A stretch of DNA of 64,000 nt from Perkinsus chesapeaki ATCC PRA-425 (Eukaryota > Protista > Perkinsozoa): positions 25,880 through 89,879 of the forward strand of contig JAAPAO010000074.1 in assembly GCA_013115145.1 (NCBI GenBank), read 5' to 3'. Below, in pieces: positions 1 to 11,256 of the stretch (the stretch's first letter is position 1; every line of letters begins with the position of its first letter). The notes beneath the pieces are model-generated. The model was not told the DNA's origin. It did not search any database and was given only the letters and a program-made list of their open reading frames with translations. The position numbers were made by a program, and so were the translations under genes.

Positions 1-1372
1 GGCCCTCCGGTAGTATCATATCGATGAAGTCATCACAAGTGAATAACACTTTACTAGCATCCTTGGTAAGAGCCTCCCTACCCTTCAATCTCACCAATAC
101 ACGGTCCAGGTCAGCCATGTCATCCAAAGCTTCAGAGAAGAAGCTCCTAAGCTGCCTTAGGTCGACTACTCCTTTATTACTATTGTCTATCATTCCAAAC
201 AACCACCTCAATTCCATTAGCCTTTCTAATGATATCTCCACCCCTTCCTGTCCTTCCCTAGATGCCCCCATACCCGGGCTAGACCCCCTACTTCTCCGAC
301 CAGCGAAGCTATTAACAGCCCTCTGTGCCGCAGTGAGCCGCTGGAACCGGGCTCTTACACCTAAAATGCCAGACCGTCCAGGAGCTGCCTCCTGCTGAGC
401 GGCCGTCCTTTCTGCCTCCAACTTCCTATAATAAGCTGCGTACTCCTTTATGAGGCCATCTATTGCTGGTTCTGACCAATTAGGCAGTAGGATCTTCAAC
501 ACGTCTTTAAAGCCAACATATGCTTTAAGCCTTTCCTCTGTTACATGGGATAGGATATAACGATGGGCGTGCAATAGAAACTTGGTCTCATCGGCCTTAG
601 CTGCCTTATGCATCCTATTAACATAGTCTCCAAGCTTAATAAAGGCTGATTTATCAGAGTCGATCAGTCTAAAGACGTAATGAAGCTTTTCAATCTGTTC
701 TGGTGTCATCCTAGAAGCTGAGGTATCCGAGCTAGCAAAGGCCGCTGTAGCGGATGAGTCCGTTAACTTCACCCTTCTATTACCAAATGAAATAAGTGAT
801 GTCATCTCCACTAGAGGGTGCCTATGTATCCACTCTTGCCTGGGTCCATCACTCTCATCACACAGGACCCTTATCCACTCTGCATTGCTAGTATCCATTC
901 CTTCATGGTCCTCCTCTTCCTTAACATCTATCCCTATCATTCTTAATCCGACCTTCATCTTATTCTTATAACCCTCTACCGTAGAGGTTTCTTCTATAAC
1001 TTCCTGTGAGGCGGGTATCCTATTTAACCCTGCCAGCATGGCCACCCCGACAACAACAGCAGTAGGGTCGATACCAGCCCTCTCCAAGAACATAACCCTA
1101 CTACTAACGGGCTCCACTTCACAATGCCATACTAGTCCAGCTATCAGTTCGTCCGTATTAACCCTCCGTTTGTGGTGATTCGTATTACCTCTGGAAAGGA
1201 ACTTCATACACCTTTCAGCAGCCCGTGCAGTAAGGCCAAGATGCCGGACTAGTTCGGCTTCGGTGGTCTCTGCCCTTCTCAGAGCTATATGTATCCTGGC
1301 TGCATCCATCAGTGAGTTGACCTTCAATAAGAGGTCACCACGAGACGTCTTAGGTGGCGGAATCGATGACAT
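1..1372 (-). CDS. EF-hand-containing protein, intronless, 3' end runs off the window (absent from ORF track)
   Basis: One open frame from ATG at 1372 (MSSIPPPKTSRGDLLLK) to base 1. It contains two degenerate EF-hand loops, VFRLIDSDKSAFIKLGDY and LFGMIDNSNKGVVDLRQL. Confidence 0.75.
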   Translation of the reverse strand, partial: MSSIPPPKTSRGDLLLKVNSLMDAARIHIALRRAETTEAELVRHLGLTARAAERCMKFLSRGNTNHHKRRVNTDELIAGLVWHCEVEPVSSRVMFLERAGIDPTAVVVGVAMLAGLNRIPASQEVIEETSTVEGYKNKMKVGLRMIGIDVKEEEDHEGMDTSNAEWIRVLCDESDGPRQEWIHRHPLVEMTSLISFGNRRVKLTDSSATAAFASSDTSASRMTPEQIEKLHYVFRLIDSDKSAFIKLGDYVNRMHKAAKADETKFLLHAHRYILSHVTEERLKAYVGFKDVLKILLPNWSEPAIDGLIKEYAAYYRKLEAERTAAQQEAAPGRSGILGVRARFQRLTAAQRAVNSFAGRRSRGSSPGMGASREGQEGVEISLERLMELRWLFGMIDNSNKGVVDLRQLRSFFSEALDDMADLDRVLVRLKGREALTKDASKVLFTCDDFIDMILPEG

Positions 1373-1501
1373 GAAAATAACAAAAACTATGCCCTGACTG
1401 CCGCCCACCACGACCAACGCCGCGCAAAGCCTTGAATGAAGTAACGTATTTTTCAGTGAATGTTCCAGAGACGTCTATTTGTTGTTACTGTTTTATCGTT
1501 A

Positions 1502-1867
1502 TTATCGTGCCTCATAGATGCAAGGCCTTTGCTTCTGCCTTAACTTGTATAATATACGATGACCGCATTCACGACACCTCACGGCATCATGAGGTTTAAT
1601 GTCAACATACCTAATAGGACACTTACACTTACTAAATACTATTATTACGCTCCACATTCCCCACAGAGATATGTAACAGCAACTTGGCTTTCTAGCTCGG
1701 CAATGCCACCACCGAACATACCAGCTCCAGTAGCCTCATCCCCGCCACCGGCTGCTGCCCCTCCTGCAGGATTATCGGCTCTCTGGAATAATGAAGTGTG
1801 TTATATTATACGAACTATTTATTACCAATACAGCGTCGAAGTCAAAACCGCCATCTCCACTTGCCAT
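1502..1867 (-). CDS. RPB12: RNA polymerase I/II/III shared subunit RPABC4 (Rpb12), 3 exons, 94 aa
   Basis: Exons 1826-1867, 1649-1782 and 1502-1610 total 285 nt, with GT-AG introns of 43 and 38 nt. They give ...[45 protein letters not shown], the CxxC-x13-CxxC zinc ribbon and YEAR terminus typical of Rpb12. Confidence 0.95.
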
Positions 1868-2028
1868 TACGATTTACGGTTGCGCACGACGACGACGACA
1901 AACGGTGCCGAACCGAGGTTGGTAATTTCGTGGCGCGCTAGAAATTCGAGCACTAGAAAAGGAGAACAACGTTCATCATCTCCCAGTGCAAAGTAGCCAC
2001 TGGTTTTTATTACTAATACCTTTTGAAG
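1868..2028. promoter_or_regulatory. Candidate bidirectional promoter (divergent RPB12 / small TM gene)
   Basis: 161 nt head-to-head spacer, CpG-rich relative to its flanks, with an (ACG)n tract at 1886-1899. Confidence 0.45.
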
Positions 2029-2459
2029 ATGACTACTATGGTTAGCATTAGCCGCTTGCTGGATGCCCTGGTTACTGGGGCATTTGTAGTATGCTTATCT
2101 GGACTGTCATTGTAATAGGGAATGGTAGCGTTAATGATATTACAGCTAGAGGTGTCAGATACATTATGAGCTTATTTTACAAGTTCATAGTGGTCACTGA
2201 GAGGGCTCGTACCGGTGTATTTGGTAACTTCCTACAGAATGCCTTACCATTCAAGGTTAGTGTTACTCTTCCCTTTATTATATTATTATTTGATTAGCAT
2301 AATCGTTTCGAGTATAACCTAACACATATTCTATTATTTGGTATATTGATGACATTGTTTACATTATCACATCATAAGTATCTGGATTATCTAGAAAAAA
2401 GGGATAATAAAGGAGGGAACAAGGGGTCTGCTAAGGGAGGAAAGAAGGCGACTGAGTAA
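2029..2459 (+). CDS. Small protein with two hydrophobic segments, 3 exons
   Basis: Spliced model: MTTMVSISRLLDALVTGAFVVCLSGLSLGVRYIMSLFYKFIVVTERARTGVFGNFLQNALPFK|HNRFEYNLTHILLFGILMTLFTLSHHKYLDYLEKRDNKGG...KKATE*. The second intron (2256-2297) is GT-AG; the first intron position is less certain. Confidence 0.55.
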
Positions 2460-2561
2460 AGGATAATAACACATAATGGAGGTCTCTATTACACCACTCA
2501 TTACCACTTTGAGTTGAAGGTCTTAATATCGAATAAGGCTAAGTTCAAATTTATTATCATA

Positions 2562-4744
2562 ATGTCATCTACTACTACATTGTGTAGTCTAAACCTACTA
2601 AAATCGAATCCAGCATTACTAAGGACAGGGCTTGCCTCCCTCTCAACAGCCCTCAGAGGCTTTGCTACTGCAGCCAGGACTAACAGTGATATAGAGGCCA
2701 GTGTGAAGGGGATTATTAATGATATTAATAATAAAGAGAATCAAGATGTAATACTACTATAGGGGTTATGGTAATGCGGCTACTACCATTAGACCGGAGA
2801 TGCTGACCCTTCAGCAGAGGCCAGTGTGATAGAACAGGCTAAGGCTGGTGAGGTGAAAGATCCTGTTAAACTCAACAGGGCCACGCTTGCAGAGGCAGTG
2901 AAGGCTATTCAGGTAAGGAATATAGGTGTAATAGTACTGGTACGGTTGTTATGTCATCAGCCCAGTCTTTATGAAAGTGCAGTAAATAATGTAGTTGGTA
3001 AACTTACACAAGTCGATGCTGTTGTTTCATCATTAGAAGGCCCATCATCTACTCTAGGTAATGCTACATTATACTCCTTCATAAGATTATCATATAGGTA
3101 ATGGACGTCTGGGCCGGTATACTCCTGGCAATGGGAAGGCTGCTGCTGTTATTACTGATACAGACGAGAGTAACCTCCTTAAAGCTGTCACTGATAGGTT
3201 AGTTCACCGTTGTCGTCAGCGCTTGAGTATCGCACTCCCTCAGTGCTATAGCGGTGGCTCTTGGATATTCCCCTGTTACTCTGTATTGCCCTGATGAGAT
3301 GGCACCATTGGCTCGGGCACTAGTAGCAGGCCGAGGTGTGGTTGTAGCTACGCAGGAGGTGACACCGAAGGCCATGGAGGAGGTTGCAGTGTAGGGACGG
3401 GTTAAGGGGGTAGTGACGACCGTGCTATATTCAGGATTAGCTGCCCTCCAAGCTTTCCTCGGTCAAGCCTCTTCTGGGCTGATGATGACGTGACATCCCC
3501 AACCAGTAGAGTGCAGCTGTTAGGTCGAATATCTCAGGGACCAGCATGGATGAGGCTAGGACGACTCTTCAATAGGGGGGATACTACCAGCAAGTAATAC
3601 CAAAGAAGAGGAGGAGGGCTCAAACGGTAGAGCTTGATAGGTACGAACTGCCACTGCTGGCCGAGGATGCTCTCACTTTCTTGGACCCAGCAAGCCAGAA
3701 GAAGTTCATGGAAGTGGTCGATGAGACTTTGGATGTGATCAGAAGTGTAGCTGATGACTCTGGTGTGATAGAGAGATCAACGGAGAAGGATGAGGTAATG
3801 GTAGGGTAGTTGTTGGATGAAGGATTGTCAGAGTGTCAGGCGAGGGTAAGGCATTTACTGTTGGCCTCCCCAGCACCATACGATGCTTTGGTAAAGACTG
3901 CTGCATTGGAGGCTACAATGAAGGAACTATGTACCACTGACGATGAGGTGAGGGAAGACTGATAGGATGATGGTGGTGGTAAGAAGTAGTGACTTAGGAC
4001 ACACGGACAGTGTTACATTATGTCTCTGTGGGTGGTGAACCACTAGTGGACCCAGCTAAGAGTTTCTGCCGCTTTACAGGAAGGAGCCTCGGATGGCAGA
4101 ATATCACTCATAAGTCCTATGATGAGCTATTAACATGGCTCAATGAGCATGGTACCATCCATATTTGTCCTCTCCCTGCACGATTGCTTTGACAGATACT
4201 CGAACACCACAGTTCTACAGTACCGTTGAGTACAACCTTCTACCAAAGGTCTTTACTGATGCTGTTGATGTTGTGAATGACAGGTTCCCATTAGATGCGG
4301 TGCAATTATCGTAACAAATTCAGAGGTCTCCTCGGGGTAAAAGCGCCTTGTAGGTCATGGTATCTTAATGACTATCTTGCCGGAGCTGAAGTGAACCTTA
4401 ATAGTGACGAGATGGTCAGAGATATTGTAGGTGTTGGGGGTAAGGTTAATGGCTTTAAGCTGCCCTTAGACCACCAAACCACAACCGAGGAACGACATGT
4501 TCGGAGGCTTTGATGATGCCACTGATCCCATTACTGATCTCTCTGAATTCAGTGATGAGGAATCCGATGGTGATGATGAGGCTAAGGTGAGAATGGCAGG
4601 CTGGCTTGGGGTGGTGAGTGTTCTGGTATTTAGAACGAAGAGAAGCAGTCCTCCGTGGATGAGACAGCTGATGATGTTGACATGAAGGATAAGATAATGA
4701 AAGAGTTAGATTCATTGAAAGATACCGAGAATAAGACAGCGTAG
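2562..4744 (+). CDS. Multi-exon hypothetical protein with mitochondrial presequence-like N-terminus
   Basis: N-terminus MSSTTTLCSLNLLKSNPALLRTGLASLSTALRGFATAAR is Arg/Ser/Thr-rich with no acidic residues. Successive short exons (EQAKAGEVKDPVKLNRATLAEAVKAIQ; EPLVDPAKSFCRFTGRSLGWQ) lead to an acidic tail ending KELDSLKDTENKTA* at 4744. Confidence 0.65.
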
Positions 4745-4847
4745 ATGATAGGCGCGTAGAAATTTGTTTCAAACCCAAGTTTCAGTGAAGTCACTGTCGA
4801 TTGGTGTTGTTAGTGTGCAGTACACCGGCATCAGGCATTCACTTGTG

Positions 4848-5122
4848 ATGGGTCAGGCGCCATCAGCCGTTGTGTCCAAGAGTATCGATACTTCACATCC
4901 TACCAGCCAGCCTCTACCTTGTGAAAGGGAACTTGACGTTTATTTAGAATGTGTCAAGAGGTGTGATGCTCGGTATTGATAACGATTTAAGCTGCTTGCC
5001 TCAGTACCCCTGCTAAAGAGGCCATACGATGTGAATCAGTGCGTAAACTGTACAGTCAATGTATAAAGGAACAAGAAGATGAGAAGAAAAAATCTTTGGA
5101 TGTTACTGGAACCGATTGTTGA
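4848..5122 (+). CDS. Twin CX9C (CHCH) protein, 76 aa, with N-myristoylation-like start
   Basis: Exons 4848-4960 and 5005-5122 (44 nt GT-AG intron; 231 nt total) give MGQAPSAVVSKSIDTSHPTSQPLPCERELDVYLECVKSTPAKEAIRCESVRKLYSQCIKEQEDEKKKSLDVTGTDC*, i.e. C-x9-C-x11-C-x9-C. Confidence 0.8.
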
Positions 5123-5311
5123 CTTTGTTTATATTGATGATGTTTGTTGGTCATCTTACCATCATCTTCTCATTCTATCTCTTGCAGTTTGTGTTAACTG
5201 TAGTTGAAGTGTTGTTGGACTATTGCAAGCTACTTCTTGTTTCAATCCTTCACGAGTAAGTTGAATAATCAGACCACAATCACCTCAATGAACACAGTTG
5301 TTACTCTTTCA

Positions 5312-8300
5312 TTATTTGGATCCGAGCAAAGCAAGCCAATGTCCGTACTCTCGCATACTAACACCAGATGTTGTTGAGTGTGGAGAATCAGATAACTTGA
5401 CAAAACGTATTGCACAGTAACATTTCAAACTACTACTACCGGGTAGAACTGCTAGACTACGATGGCGATGGTATAGGGGGGTTATGATGGGAAAAGGAAA
5501 TATATTAAAATCAATACACATCAAGTATAACAATATCATCATCATCACAACAGACATCACCACCATCACCATCATCGTCCTCATTATCGTAGGTATCGCT
5601 CGCAACATCATTCACTAAATCTCTTCCAAGATCATCGGCCTCACTTGCAGAGTCATCTTCTCTATGGTGAGATTCTGGCTCAGCATCTCCAGACGGTTGG
5701 GATCTTTCTCCAACTGCGACAAGAAAGCCCTAGAGAGGCTATCGAAGGGTATCCTTCTCACCTCGTCTTAGCTTATTTCTCCGTGAATTAGCAGCCTCAT
5801 CAGCATCCCTTGCTATCCCTTGTATGATGTTATGCATTGTATTGCTAACATCTCCTTCTGGCCTATGCCTCCGCACACCTCCTGATTCATTTCCAAGAGT
5901 TGGTGGCATAAGTAGTATATCGGCCTAACATCACCATACACTCAAAAAGTCCACACTACTGCTGCTGCTGCAGCTGTTGCTTACTGCAGTTGCAGAGTTC
6001 TTCAGGGTTAGCTCTCTCATCTGCTCCCTTGCTATGAACACCAACTCTGAAGCCACTTTCCTTATTGGTTTCCACGAAGCAGCTTCCTCTGGTATCCATC
6101 GTTTAACTGCTCGTCCGACTTGCAGACATCTCCTCAGAGTTGGGAGCGATCCTCCATTAGCGAGCTCATCCGTAAGAACCCTGAATTGCATGAAGCAGAC
6201 TGTCAGGAGGGGGAGGGGGGCTCACCGCAGCATTTTAATTAGATCATCCTTCACAGAGTCCTTGAGGTTCTTGTTATCAGCTACCTCAGTCATGAACACC
6301 TATACTGAGGTATGGCCAACAGCAGCAGCAGCCGATGAGCTGTACTGTATCCTACTGTCTCCCAAGGTGCATCCTCCGAGCTTGCATTCATTACAGTCGT
6401 TAGAACCTTCTGAGGACCGTTGTCAGCAGTAGCCTTCTTAGAGACTGCAGCTTTGGACTAATAAATAGGAGTTAATACAAGGGCATCATCATCATCATAA
6501 AACCTACCGGCTGAGATTTAGATCCACCTACTGCCCCAGCTGAAGGCTTCTTGCGTTGCGGTCTTCTTCCGAATCGACAATAAGAGTTAAGGCTTGACAT
6601 GTGGACGCGAAGTATCCTTCCAGCCAGCCTCTTAAGCTCTTCATTCTCCTCTGGATCACTCGGGAGATCCCCAAAATCATTATCAGGCTCGGAGTCGGAT
6701 TCATAATCCGCCGCTGCCCCTCCTGTTTTTGTGAAGTATAATAATATCCAATAATAGCACTTTACCGATTGAGAAGGATGATGTGTCTGCCCTGGTAGTA
6801 GATGAAGCGCCACTGGTATTTAATTCAGTAGACGGTCGACTGCCACCACCACCGCCGCCGGACCCACTGCTTGGTTGGCGGCCATCGACACTGAGATACA
6901 CATGTAGCGATGAACACAGTGTTATTGAGTTACCGTCCATCTTGGGGCCGCGATCCTGCTGCTGCCCACTCATCATCATCATCATCATCGATATCATCAT
7001 TTCCAGCATACTTAGCTCTCTCTTTTCGAGCTTTCTCAATCTCTTCCGCCTCTGCCTTGCTTACCTTCTTATTCCACTTCCTTAAGTTCTTCTTGATAAC
7101 ATTTATCTGATTAAGCCTTTATTCCCTCCTCGCCTTTAAACCACTAACCCTCACCTTTTTCTCGAATGCCCTCTCCTTTTGATGCCTCCGCCGGGCTGTA
7201 ATAAGATTTGAGTATCGTTTGTCCCGTCGACGCTCCTGCTCTGAATCATACTCAGCATTGGTGTCAGAGGACAAAGAATCGGTATCAGGATCGGTATCGT
7301 ATCTGCACATATTTGCACGCATGCACAAGTAACCGTCATGGCGGTGAGACAACACCTCTGAGCCTCAAGTTGCTCATCTTCATCGCTGTCAGCCTCATCT
7401 GGTGGATCCTCACAGGTGAGATGTTTCCACTAATAAACAGCATTGAGTATTGGTAGCTTCTCTCATCCATATCTTACTGTATGCTTTTTCCCCTCTACTT
7501 TCTGTTGTAGTAGACCACAATGGAATTCCTGAGGACTGTCATTCTCTACACCATGCCGTTTGGCAATGTAATAAGGAGCACGACGATACTTCCTGATTGA
7601 GGGGCATCATCCTGGTAGGATGGATGGGAAAGCATCAGCAGCCTCACCCGCAACGATCACATCTGATCCACCAGTAATGCTTGTAGCCCTGTCTTGAATC
7701 TGCCTTTTGTGTTTGGAGATGACGCCTGTGGACTCGAGCAAAGATCTCGCTTCTGAATCCATACCGATTTCTCCACAAAGAGGCTGAGATTGGGTGTTAC
7801 CTCTGTTCATAATCAGAGAAGGCAGTGACCGAATAGCACATTTGAGCGGCTAAAGTCCGAGTCTTCTCCCACGATACCCCAGCAATCCTCTTAAACATTT
7901 TAACAGGATAATCGGTGCCATCCTCTCCCCCATCATCCCGGTGAGAGGAGACATGATCATCGTCATCATCTGTAGTGGAAGAACTGCCACTCGACGGCCT
8001 GGAGTGGTATGGGAACTAATGCAACAGGGTCCTGTGGTACTCACCTCCTTCCTTCTTGATCATCACCGTTATTGCTGACTTTATCTTCATCATCATCCCC
8101 AACAATCAAAAGGCTACCAGCCATAATCGAGCTTAGGAACAGATGCCTCTCTCTAGTAGTGGACTGGCGTACATCCAAAATCAATGCTGGGCCTGAAAGA
8201 AGAGTAACACAAGTCTACAACCACAGAAGTGTTACCTCTTCGACGTGCTAGCTGCTGAAAGCATTTACCGACCTCTTCTATATCAGACTCTAATAAGGGA

Positions 8301-9524
8301 GGTATCCTAATAAGCAAGCAGCAGCGGATGGTTAGAATGGTCTTTGGAGTGGACTCGGGCACTACGTACTTCGGTCTAAGGCATAGTGTAGATGTCCATT
8401 TAGCTTCGATATCGAACAGAAGCCTATCGACCAGCTTCTTCCTTCTTACTTGGTTCATTTCAAATACATCAGGCCAATGTACAGCAGCCCTAACCACATG
8501 AGTGTTAGTCATCAATAATGATAATAATAATGCTTGCTGCCGCATTCACCATCTACCAGTCCTGATCCTCTTTATCATTTGCTCCCATGGCCTCATCTGC
8601 CTGAGCTCTAGCCCATAGTTCTTGGGCGTGTTCATCACCACTACTTGCTGCCGTTGATACAGATAAAGGGCTGAACTCAGTAGCCTTCCCTCGGGTATCT
8701 GAGTACCATTCAGTATTAAGACTAATACTTGTGTAGGCTTACAGCGGCATCTGGTCTGTGGTGGAAGCTCTAAAGTAGTGGCATCTGAGGGGAAAGATAC
8801 GACTGATACGGTTGTTGTTAAAGTGTATCGTACCGCCCTGTATTCTTCCATACTCTCCATCAACTGCAGCAGGTTCTTCTGAAAGGGGTGATGTAGCAGT
8901 GTTATGTGGTTCAGTAGCCTACCCTCAGCTGGAGCTCTATCGTCCTCTAAGTCCTCATCATCAAGTAGGATAACACCATCCTCGTTCTCAGGGTATATAG
9001 CAGCACCCTGCCATGGTACCTCCAATGCTACTCCACCTTCCACTGCATCTGATGATAGAGGATAGTAGGGATAGTGCAAGCGGCGGCCGCCTACCAAGAT
9101 CGATGACATGAGGTGACTCTATTATCTCGATAACACTGTCAACATCACCAATAGAATCAGATAATGAGATGATGTCCTGATTGATTGCAACAAGTAACTT
9201 GCAGCTGCTGCTGTCGCTATGCTGCACCCTTACAGCTTCATCATCATCCTCCTCGCCCTCTCGTAGTGCCCCACCATAGTCAGGCTGCTCATCGAAAGGC
9301 TCATCCATGGCTAGTAGCCCATGGGAGCCAGTCGGCTCGGTCTTCACAGCTGCTGCTGCTGCTGCAGTGGCGGCTAGTGCCTCCTCCTTCTTAACATCCT
9401 CCTCATCCTCTTGTTCTACCGCAGTTGTCTCCTCTTTAACGAAGCTCTGCTAGTAACGTGATCTAAAGAATGCTTAATACTCTTACCTCGGCAGGGCTCC
9501 ACCATCTCCATAGTAGCCTGCCAT
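5312..9524 (-). CDS. Large multi-exon acidic, low-complexity hypothetical protein
   Basis: The minus-strand ORF pieces 8988-9347, 8546-9109, 8153-8545, 7607-7810, 7119-7355, 6472-7039, 5931-6191 and 5312-5611 can be joined through short GT-AG introns. Probable start MAGYYGDGGALP at 9524. No domain recognised; it could be more than one gene. Confidence 0.5.
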
Positions 9525-9699
9525 CGCTTAGCTCACTAAACAAGGGAATGAATATAATACTAAACATGTATCTACAGCAGCAGCAACAACAGCAACACTC
9601 ACATATTGAGCCAATGTACCGTTGTTGGTACAACAGCTACGATATCTACACCAGTCGGTCTCTTCAGCGAGGCCACTGTACGAGTCTTTTGACTTGCCC

Positions 9700-10972
9700 C
9701 TAAATACAGTGTATCAAAGCCGCCACCATCGCCCCATTCTCCTCCTCCTCCTCCTTCGTACTTCTAACACCTTCACTATCAGAGTACATATCAAAGTATA
9801 CATAGTTATCATTCCAAAGCACAGCAAACCCCTCCCCACCAAAGTGAGGTAGGAGTGCACCACTACTCAACAACAACTTGGAAAAATTCTGTCCGGAAGC
9901 CTCCATTACAGCACGTAGGTCAACTTGCTGGAGTACTTCGACACCGTAACGTGCTGAGATGAGGTGGACGAGCAGTAAGGAAGCGTCCGTCTTCCCGTGG
10001 CCCACCTTCCGCTATAAAAACCACGACCCGAGGCCTGGACCTCTCGAGAAGTATACCGGTCATATCATCATTGAGAAGGGCTAGCTCAGCTCCTTGTGGT
10101 CCAGGGCCATCCTTAAGAGCAGTTACCTCAGTGGATATACTAGGACCAAGGAGGTGTTGATGAAGCAGCCTGCCATTCTTGGTTAATACAACAATGAAAC
10201 GGGCACATCTGATGGAGGGACTATATAGGGAATCTATAGAGGCTATGTGGCTCACGTTGAATCAGTGACAATAGCCACTGGCGTGCTCCTATACGCTCGT
10301 GGGACAATAGGCTTAAATAGACGGTATTGTCCATCAGCATAGACGTAGGAGTAGATGGTTGTTTGAGGGCGATAAGAGGCGATACTCTTCCTTGGCTTGA
10401 ATCTCTCATATATAGTTGTAGCGGCCACCATACCAGTCGAACTGGCTCGAACATACATACAGTATGCGCCAGGTATGGCAATAGAGTCGATAACCTGACA
10501 ATAGTCAATGGAGTAGATAACAGTGGTAAGGTACCTCTCCAGTACGACAGTCCCATCCAAGAACTGCTGCTGCATTATACAACTGTGTCCGTCGGTCATC
10601 TTTAGATCGAGGATTGACACCTATTAGGTAGTAATACAAGACACGGAGGGAAGCCTTACCCAAGTCATAACCTATAAATAGGTAATTAGGTTGTGGTTCA
10701 TCATCATCCTCTACTACAGATGCATGTGTTATCTTAGTATTAAGTTTACTATATGGATGCTGTACACTGCATAATGGAGTATCGTCATTAGCTCTATAAA
10801 GTGTAGCCAAGTCCGGACTATCAGGACGGAGTACGTAAGGGGAATTGGTTGATACAATAGAAGCAGCAGCAGCACGTTTTATATTATATCGCTGCTGCTG
10901 GTGCTGCCCACCATTGGTATCGTCGTTGTTATGATCATCATCGCTCGGTATAGGCGAGTAGCACAGGGACAT
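9700..10972 (-). CDS. Multi-exon hypothetical protein
   Basis: Overlapping minus-strand ORFs 10505-10972, 10252-10620, 9920-10255 and 9700-10005 behave as consecutive exons. No domain recognised. Confidence 0.5.
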
Positions 10973-11256
10973 TCGTCAAGCTTTATTATTATAATAGAAG
11001 GTTAAGGCAACAACAGGCAAAGGCCATAAGACAAACACTAAACAATATACACCTCAAGTACTAGATATATTTACCACACAGAACGCTCTTCAGTGTCATT
11101 AATGTGATTAGCAGAGTACATAGAGAATGCTTCTATAACAACGGGTAATATACGTAACAGACTAGATACAAGAGTACTGGGTACTAACTTAACACAAGCA
11201 GACGGACAGTATGAAACATACACAAAGGGTAATGTCAGTCATGTCATGGGTTATCA

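Noticed and set aside
1559-1996. 145 aa plus-strand ORF with a Pro/Ala-rich stretch
   Set aside because: It is the antisense shadow of the spliced RPB12 gene and its promoter.
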